Below are positions 26,488-31,380 of a stretch of DNA of 31,380 nucleotides, one piece after another (positions within the stretch are counted from its first letter, which is position 1; each line of letters starts with the position of its first letter). The notes under the pieces are model-generated. The model saw nothing but the letters and a program-made list of their open reading frames with translations, was not told the origin of the DNA and did not search any database. The DNA lies in the NCBI GenBank assembly GCA_045805065.1, contig JBJMMA010000216.1, positions 1 to 31,380 of the forward strand, in the 5' to 3' direction. Made by a program: the position numbers and the translations under genes. The stretch comes from Bdellovibrionia bacterium. Its GTDB lineage: Bacteria; Bdellovibrionota; UBA1018.

Positions 26488-29417
26488 GCGCTGAGAAAAC
26501 CCCTACCATCTGGAGAAGCCTACAAGAGCTAGAGGGAGATCCATCCTTTCAGAAAAAGCTCGAACAGGAGTTTCCAGCAGGAGCCTCGGTCTGGAACGAG
26601 CTCGACAACCCATTAAGTAGAAGAAGCTTTCTGCAGATCATGGGAGCATCGGTTGCGCTTGCAGGCATAACAGCATGCACCAAGATGCCTCCCGAAAAGA
26701 TTATCCCTTATGTGGTTGCGCCAGAAAACCTGATTCCCGGGTTTCCTCAAACCTACGCAAGCACTCTTACTTTATCGGGATACGCAAAAGGCGTCTGGGT
26801 CCAGAGCCATGAGGGCAGACCCACAAAGATTGAAGGAAATCCTCTCCACCCAGCAAGTCTCGGCTCAAGCGACATTTTCATGCAAGCTGAGCTTCTTCAA
26901 CTCTATGACCCTGAGCGATCCAAGGGCGTGCTTCATCTGGGGGAAGTCTCAACCTGGGATAGCTTTCTCTCGCAGATGAAGAGTGAACTTTCGGATTGGG
27001 AAACTACTCGCGGAGCCGGAGTCAGGATCCTATCCGAGACGATCACTTCGCCCACGCTTCTTGCCGATATCGATGCTTTCTTAAGACGTTATCCAAAAGC
27101 TCAGTGGCATTCCTATGACCCCATCAATCAGGACTTCGTATCCGAAGCGACTCTTCAGAGTTTCGGACGAGGGCTCCTGCCAGTTTATGATTTTTCAAAA
27201 GCCGCGGTGGTATTGAGTCTTGATTCCGATTTTCTTGGTCCTGGACCTGCGCAACAAGCCTATTCCCGAGCTTTTATGTCTCGCAGAGGCGCTTCCGGCA
27301 TCTCGAATCGTCTCTATGTTATTGAGTCAAGTCTGACGCTCACTGGAGCAAAGGCTGACCATCGCTTGCCCGCTCGGTCGAGCCAAACTCTTGCTCTTGC
27401 ACTGATGCTTGCTCAAGAACTTGGCCTTTCAGGCCTGCCTCAGGCCAAGGGTCTCAGCACAGATCAGCAGAAATGGATTCGCGAAGCCGCAAAGGATTTA
27501 CGAGCACATGCGGGCGCATCCCTCATTGTTGCAGGTGAGCTGCAATCTTCTGAAGTCCAGTCTGTCGCCATTGCCATCAATGATCACTTGAAGAACTTTG
27601 GATCCTCCATCTCCTGGATCGCGCCACCTGCGACTGGATCTTCGCATCAACTTCGGTCGCTGAACGCGCTGACTCAGGATATGCAGCAGGGCAAGGTCAC
27701 AGCCCTTCTGATCTTCGGCGCAAATCCGGTCTATCAGGCTCCTGGCTCACTTGCCTTTGGGGAAGCACTCAAGAAAGTGCCGCTTCGCATCCGGCATGGA
27801 CTTTACCATGATGAGACTTCCTATTTATGCCATTGGCATCTTCCGGAATCCCATGCTCTTGAAGCCTGGGGTGATGCCCGCGCTTATGACGGAAGCGTCA
27901 GTTTCCAGCAACCTTTGATTTCACCGCTGTACGATACCCGCTCAGGAAGTGAAGTTTTCTCCATCCTGCTGAACCAGCCAGGGCGCACAAGTTATCAGGC
28001 GCTCAAGGCCTATTGGGCAGATCAATTGGACGGAGTTCCCTTCGAAAGCTGCATCCATGATGGTATTCTAAAAAAGAGCGCATCGCCACGCGTTCAGGCT
28101 AAACTCTCTTCACGCTGGAAAGAGAAACTTCCGGCAGAAGCACACCCCATTTCGCAGAGTCCGCTTGAGGCGGTCATTCGACCTGACTCCACCGTTTGGG
28201 ATGGTCGCTACGCGAACAACGCCTGGCTTCAAGAGCTCCCAAAGCCATTGCTCCAGCTCACTTGGGATAATGCGATTCTGATCAGTCCCGATACTGCTTC
28301 AAAGCTTCAACTGAGCGATGAAGACGAAGTGGAACTGAGCGCAGAAGGAAGAACCATTCGAGGTGCGGTCCTGAGAGTTCCAGGCCATCCAAACGACTCC
28401 CTCACTCTGAGCTTAGGATATGGTCGAAATCGCGCTGGAAAAGTCGGGAACGATCGCGGCTACAATGCGTTCCTCATCCAAAACCATCAGTCTCCCTATT
28501 TCTTACCTACAATTGATGTCAAGAAAACTGGCCGAAAATATCCATTGGCTACCATCCATGATCACCAGACCATGGCGGGCCGGGACATCGTCGTCCGTGC
28601 GGATCTGACCGAGTTTCAAAAAAAAGGCGAAAAGATCATTCCAGAACAGTCGCGGCATCTCGAGCATCCCAGCCTGATTCCGGAATACCCGTATAAAGAA
28701 AATGCCTGGGCCATGGTGATCAACCTGACAACATGCATAGGTTGTAAGGCTTGTACCATTGCCTGCCAGGCAGAGAACAACATCCCGGTGGTTGGAAAAG
28801 AGCAAGTTCGCAACGGACGCGAGATGCATTGGATTCGCGTGGATCGCTACTTTGAAGGAACATCTTCGGCGCCCAGAGTTTATTTTCAGCCTGTTCCGTG
28901 CATGCACTGCGAGAAGGCACCCTGCGAGTACGTTTGCCCGACAGCGGCAACAGTCCACAGCACAGACGGTCTCAATCAGATGGTCTATAACCGCTGTGTA
29001 GGAACTCGCTACTGCTCAAACAACTGCCCTTACAAGGTCAGGCGGTTTAACTTCTTCCAGTACGCCGACACAAAATCAAAATCCATCCAGCTCATGTACA
29101 ACCCGGACGTCACGGTCCGAAGCCGCGGAGTGATGGAAAAATGCACCTACTGCATCCAACGGATCCAGGAAGTCAGAATCACGGCCGAGAAGGAGAATCG
29201 CCCCATTCGCGACGGCGAAGTCATCACGGCCTGCTCTCAGGCCTGTCCAACTGAGGCCATCATCTTTGGTGATAAGAATGATAAATCGAGCCGCGTAGCG
29301 AAGTTGCGAGAAAACAAAGCCCACTACTTCCTGCTGGCAGAACTGGGCACTCAGCCTCGCACCTCTTATCTTGCCTCGATCCGAAATCCAAACCTTGCTC
29401 TTCAGGAGGAGATCTAG
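26484..29417 (+). CDS. actB: Alternative complex III subunit B (molybdopterin-oxidoreductase-like + Fe-S domain, Tat-exported)
   Basis: WRSLQEL, Tat motif SRRSFLQ followed by LAGITAC, EGRPTKIEGNPLHP, Fe-S motifs CIGCKAC, CMHCEKAPC, CVGTRYCSNNCP, CTYC. ATGA overlap with actA. Confidence 0.93.
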   Translation: MSAEKTPTIWRSLQELEGDPSFQKKLEQEFPAGASVWNELDNPLSRRSFLQIMGASVALAGITACTKMPPEKIIPYVVAPENLIPGFPQTYASTLTLSGYAKGVWVQSHEGRPTKIEGNPLHPASLGSSDIFMQAELLQLYDPERSKGVLHLGEVSTWDSFLSQMKSELSDWETTRGAGVRILSETITSPTLLADIDAFLRRYPKAQWHSYDPINQDFVSEATLQSFGRGLLPVYDFSKAAVVLSLDSDFLGPGPAQQAYSRAFMSRRGASGISNRLYVIESSLTLTGAKADHRLPARSSQTLALALMLAQELGLSGLPQAKGLSTDQQKWIREAAKDLRAHAGASLIVAGELQSSEVQSVAIAINDHLKNFGSSISWIAPPATGSSHQLRSLNALTQDMQQGKVTALLIFGANPVYQAPGSLAFGEALKKVPLRIRHGLYHDETSYLCHWHLPESHALEAWGDARAYDGSVSFQQPLISPLYDTRSGSEVFSILLNQPGRTSYQALKAYWADQLDGVPFESCIHDGILKKSASPRVQAKLSSRWKEKLPAEAHPISQSPLEAVIRPDSTVWDGRYANNAWLQELPKPLLQLTWDNAILISPDTASKLQLSDEDEVELSAEGRTIRGAVLRVPGHPNDSLTLSLGYGRNRAGKVGNDRGYNAFLIQNHQSPYFLPTIDVKKTGRKYPLATIHDHQTMAGRDIVVRADLTEFQKKGEKIIPEQSRHLEHPSLIPEYPYKENAWAMVINLTTCIGCKACTIACQAENNIPVVGKEQVRNGREMHWIRVDRYFEGTSSAPRVYFQPVPCMHCEKAPCEYVCPTAATVHSTDGLNQMVYNRCVGTRYCSNNCPYKVRRFNFFQYADTKSKSIQLMYNPDVTVRSRGVMEKCTYCIQRIQEVRITAEKENRPIRDGEVITACSQACPTEAIIFGDKNDKSSRVAKLRENKAHYFLLAELGTQPRTSYLASIRNPNLALQEEI

Positions 29418-29420
29418 CCC

Positions 29421-30791
29421 ATGACTCCCAACCTGAAACCTGAAGCCCCTCTTGTTGTCGGCAAGCATACGCTGGATGAAGCCACATCCAGGGTCACGGA
29501 TGTCGTTCTCAAGCGCCCAATTCTGCCCTTGTGGATTTTGGCCTTTGGAATCTCATTCCTGTTTTTCATGATTTTCCAATTGGGGATTGCCTGGCTTTTG
29601 ATCCGAGGAATTGGCATTTGGGGTGTGAATATTCCGGTTGCCTGGGGATTTGCCATTGCCAACTTCGTCTGGTGGGTGGGGATCGGACATGCCGGAACTT
29701 TTATCTCAGCGATTCTCTTTCTTCTTCATCAGGAGTGGCGCACGTCGATCAATCGCTTCGCTGAAGCCATGACTCTATTTGCCGTGGCTTGTGCGGGCTT
29801 GATGCCCCTTCTGCATCTAGGCCGCCCGTGGTTCTTCTATTGGCTTCTTCCTTATCCTGATACGATGAATCTCTGGCCGCAGTTCCGAAGCCCTCTGGTC
29901 TGGGACGTTTTCGCCGTGAGCACCTACCTCACTGTCTCACTGATCTTCTGGTACATCGGAATTATCCCTGACCTTGCCACGATGCGCGACAAGGCCGAGA
30001 GCCACAGATTGAAGCTCATCTATGGAGTGATGTCTTTTGGATGGCGTGGATCCGCACAACACTGGCAGCGCTATCAAACCGCCTACCTTCTCCTTGCGGC
30101 ACTCGCAACGCCTCTCGTGATTTCAGTCCATAGCGTTGTCGGTATGGATTTTACAGCGGCCATCGTCCCAGGCTGGCACTCCACCATGCTTTCGCCTTAC
30201 TTCGTTGCGGGCGCCATTTTCTCAGGATTTGCCATGGTTCTGACCTTGGGAATTCCCATTCGCCATTTCTTCAAGCTTCAGGACTTCATCACTCCAAGGC
30301 ATCTGGAGAATTGCGCAAAGCTTCTGCTCGTGACCGGCCTGATCGTTGATTACAGCTATCTGATGGAATTTTTCCTGGCCTGGTACAGCGACAATCCCTT
30401 TGAAATTTATGTTGAGACCAACCGCGCGTTTGGCCAGTACTGGCAGGGATTCGCTGTCATCATGTTCTGCAACGTCCTGACCCCTCAGCTGGTCTGGTTC
30501 AAATCCATTCGGACCAGTGCCACTGCGCTTTTTATCATCTCACTGATCGTTCAGGTAGGAATGTGGACAGAGCGTTTTGTGATCGTGGTGCAGAGTCTTC
30601 ATCGCGACTTCATGCCATCGGCCTGGCATATGTATTATCCGACGATCTGGGACCTCATGATCCTTTTTGGATCCATGGGCTTTTTCATGGTGCTTTTTCT
30701 GCTCTTCACCCGCACCCTGCCTGTCATTGCGATATCAGAGCTCAGAGAACTGATTCATAAAAACGGGCAGTCCAAGGAGAGCTCGCCATGA
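29421..30791 (+). CDS. actC: Alternative complex III subunit C (NrfD/PsrC family quinol-binding membrane protein)
   Basis: NFVWWVGIGHAGT, WRTSINRFAEAMT, HLGRPW, FRSPLVWDVFAVSTY, PLVISVHSVV. Confidence 0.95.
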   Translation: MTPNLKPEAPLVVGKHTLDEATSRVTDVVLKRPILPLWILAFGISFLFFMIFQLGIAWLLIRGIGIWGVNIPVAWGFAIANFVWWVGIGHAGTFISAILFLLHQEWRTSINRFAEAMTLFAVACAGLMPLLHLGRPWFFYWLLPYPDTMNLWPQFRSPLVWDVFAVSTYLTVSLIFWYIGIIPDLATMRDKAESHRLKLIYGVMSFGWRGSAQHWQRYQTAYLLLAALATPLVISVHSVVGMDFTAAIVPGWHSTMLSPYFVAGAIFSGFAMVLTLGIPIRHFFKLQDFITPRHLENCAKLLLVTGLIVDYSYLMEFFLAWYSDNPFEIYVETNRAFGQYWQGFAVIMFCNVLTPQLVWFKSIRTSATALFIISLIVQVGMWTERFVIVVQSLHRDFMPSAWHMYYPTIWDLMILFGSMGFFMVLFLLFTRTLPVIAISELRELIHKNGQSKESSP

Positions 30792-31327
30792 GTCTTTATG
30801 GGCTGATGCTTGAATTTGCTGAGCCAGAAACGCTGATCCAAGCGGCGGAACTCGCGCGCAAGGCGGGCTACAAGCACATGGATGCCTACACACCTTTCCC
30901 AGTGGAAGGCCTGACCGAGGCCTTGGGGCTCAAGAAAGACAAAGTCGCGCTCATCACTTTGATCGGCGGAGTCATAGGCTGTGTCGGCGGGTTCTTCATG
31001 CAGTGGTACGCCCACGTCATTGATTACCCGTTCAACGTCGGAGGTCGCCCTCTCAATAGCTGGCCAGCTTTTATTCCCATTACCTTTGAGCTGACCGTTC
31101 TTCTAGCCTCGCTCTCAGCTGCCATCGGAATGATGGCCCTCAACCGCCTTCCTGAGCCTTGGCATCCGGTTTTCTCGCACCCTGATTTTACGAGAGCATC
31201 TCGCGACCGCTTCTTTCTCTGCATTCAATCGAACGATCCGCTTTTTGACCCAGCTCAAATCACGAAGCTCATGCATCCACTTCAACCCATCACGGTTCAG
31301 GAGGTCCAGAATGAAGAAGTGGAATAA
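30788..31327 (+). CDS. actD: Alternative complex III subunit D (DUF3341)
   Basis: DAYTPFPVEGL, GGRPLNSWPAFIPITFELTVL, ASRDRFFL. ATGA overlap with actC. Confidence 0.93.
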   Translation: MSLYGLMLEFAEPETLIQAAELARKAGYKHMDAYTPFPVEGLTEALGLKKDKVALITLIGGVIGCVGGFFMQWYAHVIDYPFNVGGRPLNSWPAFIPITFELTVLLASLSAAIGMMALNRLPEPWHPVFSHPDFTRASRDRFFLCIQSNDPLFDPAQITKLMHPLQPITVQEVQNEEVE

Positions 31328-31380
31328 GCCAGTATCGGTTTTTCTCGGCGTTCTCTTCGTCCTCAGCGTGAGCTCCTGCG
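31311..31380 (+). CDS. actE: Alternative complex III lipoprotein cytochrome c subunit, 5' end only
   Basis: Not in the ORF track. GGAGG RBS then MKKWNKPVSVFLGVLFVLSVSSC (lipobox VSS-C), overlapping the actD stop. Identity rests on canonical act gene order. Confidence 0.72.
   Translation, partial: MKKWNKPVSVFLGVLFVLSVSSC

Noticed and set aside
26484..29417. ActB as a catalytic molybdoenzyme or a novel fusion
   Set aside because: The molybdopterin-fold + Fe-S fusion with a Tat/lipoprotein signal is the established ACIII ActB architecture, which lacks the Mo cofactor.

Overview
Bacterial chromosomal window with no rRNA, tRNA, CRISPR array, integrase or transposase that I can see. The gene content points to a Bdellovibrionota/Oligoflexia-like organism (inference from the fibre proteins, small Cys-rich secreted proteins, an RxPAS linker motif and FliA-type boxes). 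It has three blocks. (1) 1-9.6 kb: a truncated MFS transporter, a secreted transglutaminase-like Cys enzyme, and two paralogous secreted collagen-like (Gly-X-Thr) fibre genes with phage-tail-fibre-like heads. The fibre genes flank a LolD/MacB-type ATPase + FtsX/LolE-type permease + LolA-like periplasmic protein cassette, and both carry the same 15-bp sigma28-type upstream element (GCCGATAATAGAATT). A LysR regulator and a small secreted protein follow. (2) 9.6-15.3 kb: AI-2E and CDF transporters and secreted or outer-membrane hypotheticals. (3) 15.4-31.4 kb: a stress/carbon-reserve respiratory cluster (enolase-superfamily enzyme, PoxB-like TPP enzyme, FAD/Fe-S oxidoreductase, DUF4142, SDR, amylo-alpha-1,6-glucosidase) joined to an alternative complex III operon (actABCD and the start of actE). 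Three divergent gene pairs have back-to-back sigma54-like boxes. The best candidate for an undescribed system is the collagen-fibre / Lol-like ABC / transglutaminase locus. All calls come from motif reading by eye, and no database search was run.
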